From Octopus vulgaris (lineage: Eukaryota): a DNA stretch of 64,000 nt. The position numbers and the translations under genes were made by a program. Positions 40,375 through 54,799 of this stretch are shown piece by piece. The stretch is taken from assembly GCA_951406725.2 (NCBI GenBank), contig OX597814.1:195920001-195984000 (forward strand), written 5' to 3'. Position 1 is the first letter of the stretch. Each line of letters opens with the position of its first letter. The notes under the pieces are model-generated. The model had not been told where the DNA came from, searched no databases, and worked only from the letters and a program-made list of their open reading frames with translations.

Positions 40375-40692
40375 CTGTTGTGTCTGGGAGAGTCATTTTC
40401 TTTTGGTGCCTTATTAATGTAAACACAAACACCGGTAAAATTTCCACTTATTTCTTATTTTTATTTTCTTAAAATTTTCGTTGCGTCTTGCAACCTTTTC
40501 AATAATCTTGACACTGTCGGTTATTTACACTGCGTTCCTTTTAATAGCGGACAGAGTCAAGACTATTGAAAATGTTGCAAGACGCAGCGAAAATTTTAGG
40601 ATAATAAAAATAAGAAATGAGTGGAAATTTTACCGGTGAGTATGTTAAATTATAAGGCACAAAAAGAAAATTACTCTCCCCAGACACAACAG
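40375..40692. repeat. Diverged foldback, ~145-bp arms, between TA tracts
   Basis: ctgttgtgtctgggagagt...tcttgac pairs with gtcaagac...actctccccagacacaacag. Confidence 0.9.
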
Positions 40693-40761
40693 AACATGCT
40701 TCAACACACGAACTCACATAAAGAATCTTGCAAACCAAATCCCAAAACGAAATATACATAC

Positions 40762-40803
<42 letters not shown>

Positions 40804-41464
40804 CTATCTATATATATATATATATATATATATATCTATATACATATATATATATATACACATATATATATATATACATATATATATACACATATATATA
40901 TATATATATATACCCATACAGATATATGTACCGATCTTAACGCGGATGACTTGTTAGAACGCCGCATACTGCATTATTCGCCTTGAGAGAGCCTCTCAAG
41001 TCTAGTAGCAGAAGATCATCAGCGGGAAGCGCCCGGTCACCGCATGCCAATCAAATCTCGCTGCTACGATATAAAGCATATCAACATCTTTGGGACACTG
41101 ATGTTGCAAATAGCCAACTTTCTTATTACTAATCAGTTATTAGCGACGAAAGCAGCATTAATACAGGAAAGGTAATTTTATATCCAAGTTAACATGGCAC
41201 ACTGAATACTGCGTTATTAGCCCTGACAGATCTTCTTATAATGTATATATCATAGCAGTGAGATATGATTGACATGCGCTGACCGAATGCCTCCCACTGA
41301 TGATTTCCATTAGAATGAAATCACGTGATATGGGAGTTCTGGGGCCCATATTAGACGATTCTCGTCTGCTACAATCTATATGTGTGCTTATGTGAGAAGA
41401 TCTCTCCCAAGCTAATAACGACAATTATTTTAAGTTGGATATAACGATTATCTTTTGGTAGTAA

Positions 41465-41513
<49 letters not shown>

Positions 41514-41592
41514 AATGTAGGATAACATTTTTTCGAAAAAAAAATTTATCAATGGCCAGCATATTAAAAAATACCTGTAAATGTTAAATTAG

Positions 41593-41670
41593 AAACAACT
41601 TATAAATAAGGGCAAACGAAAAAATATTTGGCATTAGTAATTTTTTCGTTTGCCTTATTTATAAGTTGTT

Positions 41671-41671
<1 letters not shown>
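41593..41671. repeat. Short foldback in a (TA)n-flanked insert
   Basis: aaacaacttataaataagggcaaacgaaaaaa and its reverse complement. Confidence 0.85.
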
Positions 41672-41736
<65 letters not shown>

Positions 41737-41756
41737 GATATATATATGTGCGTGTG

Positions 41757-41815
<59 letters not shown>

Positions 41816-41973
41816 ATATATATATAATACAAAGTAAGATAGGGGTTATCAATGTAACCCACTATGGGTGTTTGATTTTAATGTTCTCATTTGTATGATT
41901 AATAAATAATGTAAAGTTGTAATATCCGTAAGTTGATGAACGAGATGAATTTGTTTCTCCATTTTCTTATTTG

Positions 41974-42003
<30 letters not shown>

Positions 42004-42004
<1 letters not shown>

Positions 42005-42405
42005 AGCAAAATTTAGAGTAGTTGAAATAAGTTTGTCACATATACACTGCAGTTATGGTGGAGGAAAAATCTCTCGTATGGTAAAAAGATGGGAAAAGTA
42101 TCCGGATCGTTCAACGTCACCCTCTGTTAGGAAACCCAGAAATCGATGTTTCGAGGGTTTTGACTCTTGTTAATGAAATGTAGCTAAGAGTTGCCTTTCT
42201 TAGCTACATCTCATTGACAAGTATTTAAAATCTAGAAACATCGATGTCTAGGTTTCCTAATAGATGGTGACACTGAACGAACCGCGTGTTTTCAGACGTT
42301 TTTACCATGAGTAAAATTTTTCCTCCATAGCAACTGCAGTGTATTTGGCTTTTAGCAATTGAAATATGTGACAAAGATATTTCAACTAGCCTAAATTCTC
42401 CTCAT
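42004..42405. repeat. Old foldback, ~185-bp arms
   Basis: Centre atgtagctaaga-gttgcctt-tcttagctacat. The arms are diverged. Confidence 0.85.
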
Positions 42406-42676
42406 CATACCTAAACCTTGGTGGCAAATATACTTTCTCTCCTTGTTTCTCTCCTTGTTCTTTTTTTTCTGTGTCCCTTTCTGTAGAAGAACGTAGGCTG
42501 GAAACGTAAAAGACTTTTTCTATTCCTGAGCGTTATACTAATACATCTGTTTGTTTTATACACCACCTGTCTTTGTCTTTTGTTTTTTTCGTGAACTCTC
42601 CCTATATATATATATATAGACAGATAGTGAAGAGACAGGAGAGATATGAGGGAGATTCGAAGTGATGCCTGTTAAA

Positions 42677-42869
42677 TACGAGGGTGTGCTGTAAAGTTTC
42701 TGGTGTTGGATAAACGAAAAAACGAAGGGATCAGTTAATTATGATTGTATTCAAGCTATCCCCCTCCCAGATTCACACATTTATTGCAGCAGCCCTTCAG
42801 TTTTTCTAAGCTCTGTAAGAGAACTCAGAAATTTAGGCCTCCATCCAGCCCTTTCGAGGCACCCTCGTA
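42677..42869 (-). mobile_element. Mariner-derived MITE
   Basis: TACGAGGGTG...CACCCTCGTA termini. A related copy at 47641-47858 retains the transposase C-terminus (GLEEMKER*NKCVNL). Confidence 0.8.
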
Positions 42870-43511
42870 TATTGGTTATGTTGCTTAATGGTAATGGCTC
42901 CGTTGATGTCACCATAGCTACTACATATACCAACGTTATCTTTTTATATCATTTAATCGTTATTCGTAATTCTCTCTGTTGTCGAGTAAAATTTGAAATA
43001 AACTCTTAAATATATGCAATGATTACAAATCTGATTTGTCAATCTCTTATAGAACCTTAAGTTTACTTAAAACATTTTCACCGATTTTAGCATCAAATGG
43101 AAACTAGAAAATCTATAAAATTAGTTAAAAGGAATTTTAATTGGTTGAATCATTTTCTTTTGCCGGACCTTGATCTGCCAAGTACTTTGGAAAACCTTGA
43201 AAAATTATCTGAGATTCAAATTGAAAGCTCAGTATAACACATCATATATCGTATGTATTCCTAGATTTTAGATTTCATATGATGGTGATTAATTTATGTT
43301 TCCTATGACGATGGTGATGGTTGTATGTGAAGATAATAAATACATGAATAAAAAGATATGTAAATAAATAAATATCGGAGAGAAAATGAGAGAGAAAGAA
43401 GCAACTACTGTTAGTGAAGAGCGGTGGTAACGGTGAGAGAAAGAGGAATTACTGTAACGATCTATATTTTACGAGTAGACGTCTACATAAATCAAAACGT
43501 ACATAGTTCTA

Positions 43512-43619
<108 letters not shown>

Positions 43620-43624
43620 CTCTT

Positions 43625-43655
<31 letters not shown>

Positions 43656-43662
43656 ATCTACA

Positions 43663-43719
<57 letters not shown>

Positions 43720-44059
43720 TTCCCTCACATACGCACACAGACATACACAACATACACATACAAAGAGTTACACTCACACGCGCATACAGATATTTTATTA
43801 TGAATAAGCCACTCAGGTGACTTATTCATAATAAAATACCTGTGACTTATTCGCTTATGACTCCTTCGCTGAAGTTCCAGTCAACTCATACATGATCAAT
43901 ACATTTAAATCTACTAATTCTATAGAATAACATACTTTAGAATAGTACAGAATTTTAGCACAAGGATATGACGTGTTATTTTATTAAAAAAACTAAATAT
44001 TACACATACATGCAAATATATATGCAGCGATACATATACAAAAATTCATTTATATATAC

Positions 44060-44122
<63 letters not shown>

Positions 44123-44142
44123 CTCTTTGTGTTTGAATTAAC

Positions 44143-44202
<60 letters not shown>

Positions 44203-44302
44203 GTACTTAAGTCAAAGACACCAGAATTTAGTATGGTATTATCCATATAATTCAAAATGGGGTGATTATAATCAAAATAGGTTATCCTTGTTGCTTATTT
44301 TG

Positions 44303-44349
<47 letters not shown>

Positions 44350-44628
44350 ATATGTATGTGTGTGTATAAACAGGTAAGAGAGAACAAATTTCAAAATATT
44401 TCAAAGCGTTGGAATACTCCACAGCATACATAGGTGCATTCATAAACACAAGATATAATATAAAATATTATAAATATGGTAATACGTAAATATACTTGCG
44501 AGGTTGTATCTCCGTATTAAAAAGATTGAGGATATTAAAATATGCATATGGTGAACGTATAGCGGTAATCCATATAGATGAAGAAGTTGGTATAAAATGA
44601 ATTTAAAAAGGCTCTCGAGCAGGTGCTA

Positions 44629-44702
44629 AATCTGACGGCCGTTTCGAGAAAATATAGGTTGGTATGGGAGAGTTAATTCCAACCATAACAGTCATCAGAG
44701 TT
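44629..44702 (-). ncRNA. Type I hammerhead, canonical core
   Basis: AACT-CTGATGA-(long stem II with GGTTGG/CCAACC)-GAAAC-GGCC-GTC-AGATT. Confidence 0.7.
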
Positions 44703-44943
44703 AATCTAAAGAATTTATAAAAGAGTAAATTAAATCTTGCTCACACACACACACACAACTGCTACTGCTCACATCTGCTACTGCTATTTCAGCCACTGAT
44801 CATTTCCCCAACTTTAGTCAACTTTAGTCAACACACAAGATAGCTATTATGCTATCCACAACAAAACAAACCACCACGTGGATTCTGTTGAGACTAGTAA
44901 CAAACAATTATGAACTTTTTTATTACACTTAACTTTTAAAAAT

Positions 44944-44991
44944 ATTTTTGATAAGGTTCGTTCTTTCAAGAAGAACCGAAACATGTAAAAT
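44944..44991 (+). ncRNA. Type I hammerhead, U3-A8 variant
   Basis: ATTT-TTGATAA-GGTTC GTTCTTTCAAGAA GAACC-GAAAC-AT-GTA-AAAT. Confidence 0.7.
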
Positions 44992-45069
44992 TTCTAAGAA
45001 AATTAAAATTTATCTTAAATAGTGGCGTTTTCAAACTTCTTATATATATATATATATATATTTATACTG

Positions 45070-45391
45070 GCACCCCATCGGTTACGACGGTGACGTTTCT
45101 GGTTGATCTGATCAAGGGTGGAGCCTGCTTCTGAACTTAACGCGCATGTAGCTGAGTAATTTACTTAAGCGCTTACCCTTAACGTAGTTATCAAGAAGAT
45201 TCATCGTGACACAGAATGTGACAATCATGGCCCTCTGATATATTGATACAACTCGTTTTTGCTAGCTGAGTGGACTGGAGCAATGTAAAATAGAGTGTTT
45301 TGCTGAAGGACACAAAACACCCTCGAGAATCGAACATATGACATTAAGATTGTGAGCCGATTACCCAAAAGACTAAGCCACGCACCTTCAC
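45070..45391 (-). mobile_element. Old SINE family D
   Basis: Same organisation as 155-466. Confidence 0.65.
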
Positions 45392-45449
45392 TGAAACATA
45401 TGTAGCTAGGCGTAGAAGAGCACCCACGCCCAACAGTGTGTGTCTACAC

Positions 45450-45714
45450 CAGTGCTTTTCAAACTTTTTGCTGGAGCGGAACCCCAAGGAAACATTCCAC
45501 TGGCTCGAGGAACCCTTGTGCAATAATTTAATAGTTTTATGCACACATATGGCGGTGCCCCAGCATGGCCACAGCTCGTGAGCTGAAACTAGATAAAAAT
45601 TAAAAAAAAAATATCTGCACAGGAGAATTAAAAATTACTGCCGATTTTAGCAGTTTTGTAACTTCTTGCGGAACCTCTAGACTGTACTGGCGGAACCCTG
45701 GTTGAAAACCACTG
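45450..45714. mobile_element. hAT (Charlie-like) MITE
   Basis: CAGTGCTTTTCAA...TTGAAAACCACTG termini, 8-bp TSD GTCTACAC. Contains a nested retroposon tail at 45551-45610. Confidence 0.9.
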
Positions 45715-46778
45715 GTCTACACCTATAGACCAATGTGGCGTCAGAATTTGTTGTCAGAAACGAAACAGCGGCTGTTGTACGTGAGTGTATCTTTATATTA
45801 AACGTTCTCTGAAAATTAGCGCCGATAGTTACGGGCTTCCCAGGATGTTATTATTTAAGGTTTCGCTGCATTTCTGATCTAATAAATTATAAACAAACGA
45901 CAAGGAAATGTTTTTCTTATTGGAGAAGATTATATATTACAAGGTACGTCTGTTTATAATGCACCCATTTTGTTCTTCGATGTTTATATCTATCACTGAT
46001 AGTCAACAGAAAAATTCATACACACACAAAGACACACACAAAGACACACACACGCACGCACACACAAGCATAAACATGCAGACACAAATACACACAAACA
46101 TAAACATATAGACACAAATACACACACACGCATACAGACACACATGCATGTGCACACACTCTCACACACAAACATAAACATACGTACACAAATACACACA
46201 CAAATATAAACACACTGATACATACACACATACACTCGCATACAGACACACATGCATGTGCACACACACACACACACAAACATAAACATACAGACACAAA
46301 TACACACACACACACACGCTTAGAGACACACAAATATAAACACACTAATACACACACACATACACACGTATACAAATACACATGCGCGTACACACGCACA
46401 CATACACACACGCACATACACACACGCACACATACACACACTCACACCCAGTAGCAGTACATATTTTCCTGTGTAGCTTTGTTTAAGTTTTTACCGATGA
46501 GCATGAGAGAAGCAAATATGTGGATTGGAATTTAATGGGAATTTAATGAGAATTATACTATAAAAAGCACGCTTTCGAAAATGTATAATTTTCCATTCTT
46601 CTTTGTAATGTCTTGATTATATTCTCTGCATGATGTACAAAATCCAATCAAACCAACTCAGGATTTACCTATGGAGTGAATTACCGTGTAAATGTTTATG
46701 CTAAAGAACTCCACGTATTCCATATCATTTGATGTGGTTAGCCAGATCTGGATTATATCAGAGTGCTAATAAGATACC

Positions 46779-46834
<56 letters not shown>

Positions 46835-47044
46835 AAGATTACTTGACATATATATCTGCTGTAATATTTACAGCTTTTAATAAAATGTTATAGTATGAAA
46901 CAATTGTACTAAATTACCGGATCCGTTCTTGTTGCTTATTTTTGATTATAATCACCCCGCATATTTTTATGGGTAATACCATAAAAAATTCTGGTGCATC
47001 TAAATTAAGTACCATATTCATTTGAATCTAAATAGTTTGCTGAA

Positions 47045-47091
<47 letters not shown>

Positions 47092-47341
47092 CATATAGAA
47101 ATACAATAAGAGGGTTCCAAATAAGAAAGCGTTGTGCTAGAAAGAGCAGTAGAAATCTCAAAAACCGCAAAAACGGATAAATTCTCGAAAGGAAGGAAAA
47201 TTAAAAACATTTGCCATCTCAACTATTTCCCAGACCATGGTTTCTAACTATTTCCAGCAAAAAAATATTCGCTGAAGGCCAGTTTTCATCAGTGAGGCCA
47301 CTGGTAATAATTTATTATTACTCTATGTATTATGTTTATAT

Positions 47342-47383
<42 letters not shown>

Positions 47384-47457
47384 TAAAACGGTAAGATAAC
47401 AAAAGAAAGAAAGAGACCTCAATATTATGTAAATAGAGGAAATTTATCTATAAAATA

Positions 47458-47587
47458 ATATGTTACATTACTCGATAGTCAAGATAAAACTCTGAGTTTC
47501 AGATAACCGAAGAGATGGCGTTGTGGATTCCCACTTCGGCATCTGAAACTCAGAGTTTTATCTTGACTATCGAGTAATGTAACATAT
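47458..47587. repeat. Foldback with the 3' half of a hammerhead (GAAACTCAGAGTT)
   Basis: ~47-bp perfect arms inside a (TA)n-flanked insert. Confidence 0.85.
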
Positions 47588-47589
47588 TA

Positions 47590-47645
<56 letters not shown>

Positions 47646-48328
47646 GAAGGATTCCTGAAAAGTTCCTAGTTTTAATGATATTGCTAAATGCCTGGTTTGG
47701 TGGCCCGACCTTCCGAGTTCTTTTACAGGGCTTAGAAGAAATGAAGGAACGCTGAAATAAGTGTGTGAATCTGAGAGAGGAAAACTGTCGAATAAAATCA
47801 TAACTGATCCTCTCGTATTTTCTTTTACCCAAAGCCAGGAAATTTTCAACACATCCACATCTATGCACATATAGTTTCTCTTTCTGAAAGGATGAAAGGT
47901 AAAGTCGACCTCTGCCGAATTTGAACGCAGTACGAAAAGAAGGACGGAATGCTACTAAGTCCTTTACCCGGCGTGCTAACGATTCTGCCAGCTCGGCGCC
48001 TTCTTTTCCGAGAAATATTGACTATGTGTTCCCTCGCTCTGTTCGAAGTTGCGAGTTACCTTAAATTAAATTCGAAACCACCGTGATATTGTAACAAGGA
48101 GAACGTATTTGGGAAGTGAGCCCCTTAATGACAGAATCATGCTTACTTCCAATTACAAGCACAGTCAACCATCACTCAGTCACGAGAATACGTTGGTAAT
48201 ATGTACCATATTTTTGCTAAACCATTCTATAGGACTATGTAGTCGCAAACAAACTTATAACCTCTCTCGGCCACATTATCCCTGACTTGTAGTCGATTTA
48301 TGATGAGACAGTTGGAGAGAGAGAGAGT

Positions 48329-48379
<51 letters not shown>

Positions 48380-48461
48380 AAGAAAGAAAGCTGCTCCAGA
48401 TCCTGCTTACTACTCATTAACAGCTGGAGTAACGTGAAAGCCAATACCTTACATTATGATC

Positions 48462-49102
48462 TATTTCTTTACTACCCACAAGGGGCTAAACACAGAGAGG
48501 ACTTAAACAAGGACAGACACACGGATTAAGTTGATTATATCGACCCCAGTACGCAACTGGTACTTATTTAATCGACCCCGAAAGGATGAAAGGCAAAGTC
48601 AACCTCGGTGTAATTTGGACTCAGAACGTAGCGGCAGACGAAATACCTATTTATTTACTACCCACAAGGAGCTAAACACAGAGGGGACAAACAAGGACAG
48701 ACAAACGGATTAAGTCGATTATATCGACCCCAGTACGCGACTGGTACTTATTTAATCGACCCCGAAAGGATGAAAGGCAAAGTCGACCTCGGCGGAATTT
48801 GAACTCAGAACGTAACGACAAACGAAACACCGCTAAGCATTTCGCCCGGTGCGCTAACGTTTCAGCTAGCTCGCCGACTTTAAATAAATCTTTTCTACTC
48901 TAGGTACAAGGCCGGAAATTCTGGGGGAGGAGGCAAGTAAAGTAGATCGACCCCAGTACACAACTGGTATTTAATTTATCGACCCCGAAAGGGTGAAAGG
49001 CAAAGTCGACCTCGGCGGAATTTGAACTTAGAACGTAGCGGCAGACGAAATACCGCAAAGCATTTCGGCCGGCGTGCTAACGTTTCTACCAGCTCGCCGC
49101 CT
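48462..49102 (-). mobile_element. SINE family C dimer (48462-48880) plus tail-B monomer (48887-49102)
   Basis: Same GACGAAATACC|TATTT junction, ~186-bp period. Confidence 0.9.
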
Positions 49103-49939
49103 TAGCAACAATGAGTCAAGTACCCTACCCATTAAGCTACATCACAGCAAAGTTTTAAAAAATATATAATAAATGTATACATACACATATACGTGTAATC
49201 ACTTTATATATGTTGAAACAGAAACTATACAGAGGCAGTAAGCACAACCCCTTAGGAAACATCATGAATTTATTTATAGCAAAAGATTGGTTGATTAATT
49301 CAGTCTGTCTTGAATAAGAAATGATTTCATGTTAGAACAGAAAACCAACTTATAACCTGCAGCAGTTAATGGTGAAGAAGTATTAATTATTTGTTATATC
49401 TGTTCGATTTCATAATCTAACCGGTGATTAAAAGGAAATTAGCGTTGAGCAGGAACGAACTGAGCTTTGTTGTAAGATAAATATCTTTAAATATAGAATT
49501 CCATTAAGTGATCAATTAAGACTCTCAAGACACTTTAGTGCTTCATTGATGCGCTGAAAGATTCTATTCGTGTTATTGTATCATTATTTAGATTAGAGCA
49601 ACGCATACCGGTTCGAAATATACGACTGTATTTACAAATATTATCGAAATGTAAGAACCGTAAACGACTAGGAGACATAGTGCCTATTTAATCCGTATGC
49701 AATATGGAAGTAATTAGACAAGATTGCTGTTGATAGTCTTAGTTGACAAACATGAAGATCAATCGACATAGCTTATAAGAGGATGGATAACGTTACGTAG
49801 ATTCAGTAACAATCAATGAAAAATCGTGGATGAAGTTTATATTATAACGAAAGAGTAGTGTAGGATAAAGGGTGATTTTCTGAATTAAGATGATATTGCG
49901 AACTTAATGCTGTACAACCAAAATTCTATATACATATAT

Positions 49940-50170
49940 ATTTCTTTACTGCCCACAAGGGGCTAAACATAGAGGGGACAACAAGGACAGACAAAGGGAT
50001 TAAGTCGATGGCATCGACCCCAGTGCGAAACTGGTATTTTATTTAACGACCCCGAAAGGATGAAAGGCAAAGTCGACCTCGGCGGAATTTGAACTCAGAA
50101 CGTAACGACAGACGAAATACCGCTAAGTATTTCGCCCGGCGTGCTAACGTTTCTGCCAGCTCGCTGCCTT
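49940..50170 (-). mobile_element. SINE family C monomer
   Basis: Full head, core and tail A. Confidence 0.9.
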
Positions 50171-50280
50171 CATATATTCTTTGAAACGCTTCATTGTAGA
50201 CAGTTATTAGAATCAAGCGTAAGCACACATACAAATACAAGTACTTGTATACGAAGACACCTGCGAAAACACACAGATGC

Positions 50281-50312
<32 letters not shown>

Positions 50313-50317
50313 AAAAA

Positions 50318-50372
<55 letters not shown>

Positions 50373-50446
50373 AATATTAGGGAATAAATCCAAACTTACA
50401 GGGAAAAATCAGATTTAGGATTGAATACAATTTTATAGTAAAATAT

Positions 50447-50706
50447 TATATTATATTAAATTAGAGACAAAACCACTATTAGGCAAATCAAACAATGAAA
50501 AACTTAAGCCAATACATAAGATTAATTTATATTATTTAAATATATAACAAAATTATTTAAAAAATATAATTGTGTGATATTAATTATATTTTTTAAATAA
50601 TTTTGTTATATATTTAAATAATATAAATTAATCTAATGTATTGGCTTAAGTTTTTCATTGTTTGATTTGCCTAATAGTGGTTTTGTCTCTAATTTAATAT
50701 AATATA
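50447..50706. repeat. Near-perfect AT-rich foldback, ~125-bp arms
   Basis: attagagacaaaaccactattaggc... and its reverse complement, in a (TA)n context. Confidence 0.9.
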
Positions 50707-50971
50707 TGTATATATAATTTACAGTTCTATTATGGGTGGGATCAACAACACACTCTCTATCCAGTGAAGCATAAATATCACAATTTCAAAATCGCTACTA
50801 ATAGTTTCATGCTTTAGGATACATTAAATGGCAGATTTATATAACATACGACGCATCTCCACATGTGTATATATGTGTGTGTATATATATATGTATATAT
50901 ATATAGATATATATATATATAAACACACACACATAATATATATATGACTCTCCTCAGACACAATAATCTCC

Positions 50972-51040
<69 letters not shown>

Positions 51041-51503
51041 TACAGATAGACATATAAGCATACGCAAACATGCACCCATAAACATGGGCGTGTGATGTAT
51101 GTCTGCATGAGTATGTGTTGAAACTTAGGTTTGTGCATGAAAATAAAACGAAAGCGAAAGAATAAAAAGTTTAACTTTCAATCGAAATTGAATTCTCACT
51201 AAGGATATGAAAGTAAAAGTGCATGATATAAAATTTGTCTTTTTCTGTTTAGCTACGTATCACGCGGTTCTTTTCCATCTCTTTCTCTTCCTTTCTCTCT
51301 CTCACACACACACATACACACACAAACACACACACACACACACACTCTCTCTCTGCATATACATACATGTGCGTGTTCATATATATGTGAATATATGTAA
51401 CCTATGTAGTAAATTTATATGTACATCTATTTGTATGTATGCGTATATGTGCATGTGTGTGTGCGTATAAACATATATATATATATATATGGATATATAT
51501 ATG

Positions 51504-51574
<71 letters not shown>

Positions 51575-51579
<5 letters not shown>

Positions 51580-51854
51580 TGCAGCGTGGGAGGTGTTTAT
51601 AAGCCATTTAAGAAACACACAAAGCCGTTCGATTCACTCCAACATTTAAGTTTAATTTGTCAAAATATTTTCGTCGCTAAAATCCGCGACCTGTTCACTG
51701 ACAAAGTCCGTGCAGCACGGACTTTGTCAGTGAACAGGTCGCGGATTTTAGCGACGAAAATATTTTGACAAATTAAACTTAAATGTTGGAGTGAATCGAA
51801 CGGCTTTTGTGTGTTTCTTAAATGGCTTATAAACACCTCCCACGCTGCAATTGT
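51575..51854. repeat. Near-perfect 280-bp palindrome
   Basis: Centre CCGTGC-A-GCACGG at ~51714. Arms differ by about one indel, with (TA)n on both sides. Confidence 0.95.
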
Positions 51855-51909
51855 TTTCGTTTCAGCACACGATCTCAGATCAAATTACTTGCTATGCGAG
51901 TACATCTCC

Positions 51910-51965
<56 letters not shown>

Positions 51966-52562
51966 ATATATATATGGATATAAGTATATAGATACAAGTA
52001 TACATACATGCATACATGCATATACACAAACACAGACGCATACACACACACACACAGACACACTCACACACACACTCATACATATTGAATGAGAAATTCT
52101 CTTGCTTGTATAATGTAGATTATACAGTTACGCCTTGTATAATCTAAATTATTTTACTGACTGACGATTGCACGGTGCTATGAAACCTATGTTGCCAACA
52201 TATATTTATATGTTAATATATGTTGAAATATATATGTGTGTATATACATATGTACGCATATATATATGTACACACACACACACACATATATATATGTATA
52301 TGTACAATTACATATGCATACGTGCATAAGCGTATATATTTGTATATACATTTGCATTTGCATTTTTTGCGTGTATAATTTACACACACACACACACACA
52401 CAAACACACAAACACACACACATACTTACGCATGCATGCACACATGCACACACATAGGCACGCAAACACACACGCACACCAACTTACATTCTACCTCCAT
52501 CTCTTACAAATTCTCACCTCTATCTGTCTGTCTATCAATCTTTCTGTCTGTTTTACTCTGTA

Positions 52563-52604
<42 letters not shown>

Positions 52605-52735
52605 CACACACATGACTTTTGTAATTGTGTCTTCTGGTTTTTAAATAGCGGATAGCCACCTCAATAATTTATATGTCTGTGTGTGTGTGCATGCGTTCAA
52701 ATGTGCATGTGTGTGCACGCAGGTGTATGTATATT

Positions 52736-52807
<72 letters not shown>

Positions 52808-53391
52808 CATACACACCTGTATATATATATGTTTATTTATTTATATGTATACATGCATACATACATAGGGACAGACAGACAGACAGGCACACGTATGTAT
52901 ATACAGATATATCCGAATCTGAGTGTGTTATATATGCATACATATGTATGTATGTATATATATATATATAAATATACATACACACACAAATATATATATA
53001 TAAGTATATATATATGTATATATATATATAGATGAAAGGAAAAAAAAATGAATATATATATATACGCAACCATACTAATGATGTACTAACTGTTTTGTAT
53101 ACATGCGATTGCATTTCCATGTAGTATACTACGAATTTCAACATTCCAAGTGCTGCGGCCATTTACACTTTCAACGACAAAAACTAAGAGCCAATTTACT
53201 GTTACGCTAAACTTCCATTCACTCATTAGAATGTATTGTTTATTGTGAAATATTCAACTAAATAGATGTCATTTTCACGTTTTCTGTTTTTATATTTTTT
53301 TTCATGATCCTTTCTTTTGTTGAACTTCACGATCCCCTCACTCCCTTTGAATAATACAATAATAGACCGCGTGAAAGTATACTTAGACAGG

Positions 53392-53476
<85 letters not shown>

Positions 53477-53552
53477 ATATGTGTGTGTATATATAAATAT
53501 ATATATGTGTATGTATATATACATATGTTTATAGATATATATAAATATATAC

Positions 53553-53590
<38 letters not shown>

Positions 53591-54428
53591 GCAAAACAGA
53601 AGGTTGTCAAAGGGAGTGAAAATAGTAATATAATGATAAGAGTAAATAATTTCTAATAATTTGCCTGTCCCTTTTCTTATATACAATATATATACTGAAC
53701 TTTACAGAAGTTCCTGCCGGTAATCGGCTATATTTACATACCGAATTCTACCAGTAAATAATTGGGTTTTTTTTTAAAGCCTTTATAGAAATTATTTACT
53801 CTTATCATTATATTACTATTTGGATTTTTCACTCCTTTGACAACCTATTTTTGTAATGCGCATGGCAGAATTTTGGAGGGAAGATTTATGAATTCAAACG
53901 TCTATGTAGATTTAGCCTTTGCTCACTTTCTTCAAAAATTTTGATGTCGCATGGTCAGAAGGTTTGAGGTACGTAGCATTTGATAAATCTATGATAAATC
54001 TTTTTCAATGGAAAGCTGTGCTGAAGAAGGATGTGAAATATATACGCAATATATATGAAATATATATCAAAAATATACGGAATATATATTCAATATGTTT
54101 ATAATCCAGAAACATGATGTTCACAGATAACCGCCAGACTTCGTATTCGTTATCTATTCCTTCTGTTTTGCATATGTGAATTACAGGGTCTGTCATGCCC
54201 GAGTCCAACTTTGATAGAAATAAGCATTCTTGACTGGTATTTCTATTTTTTCGGTATGCGGTCAAGCAACCTGTTTTGCCTGTCCCTTTTCTTATATACA
54301 ATATATATACTGAACTTTACAGAAGTTCCTGCCGGTAATCGGTTATATTTACATACCGAATTCTACCAGTAAATAATTGGGTTTTTTTTAAAAGCCTTTA
54401 TAGAAATTATTTACTCTTATCATTATAT
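53591..54428. mobile_element. PLE-architecture non-coding insert: inverted fragment plus partial tandem
   Basis: 53661-53812 repeated at 54276-54428 (offset 615). 53591-53655 is an inverted copy of ~53786-53850. (TA)n on both sides. Confidence 0.8.
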
Positions 54429-54602
54429 ATATATATATGTATATATATGTATATATATGTATATATATGTATATATATATATACTTATATACTCACAGAT
54501 AAGTGTGTGTTTATATGCTCTAACGCAGATGTGTACAAACGTTCCAATTCAGACACAAGCGGAATTCAACATAGGCACAGCAATCAACCAGATATGTAGT
54601 TA

Positions 54603-54642
<40 letters not shown>

Positions 54643-54799
54643 TACACACGCAGATAGCTACATATACACACATGTGCACGCATGTGTATATGTGTGCGTA
54701 TGTTCGTTTGCGCGTTAAATTGAGGTTACTATTTTAAAGCAAGTGTAAATAAAATCATGGAATACTTCCGATGAACGAGGTCGTTATAAATTAGTTTTA

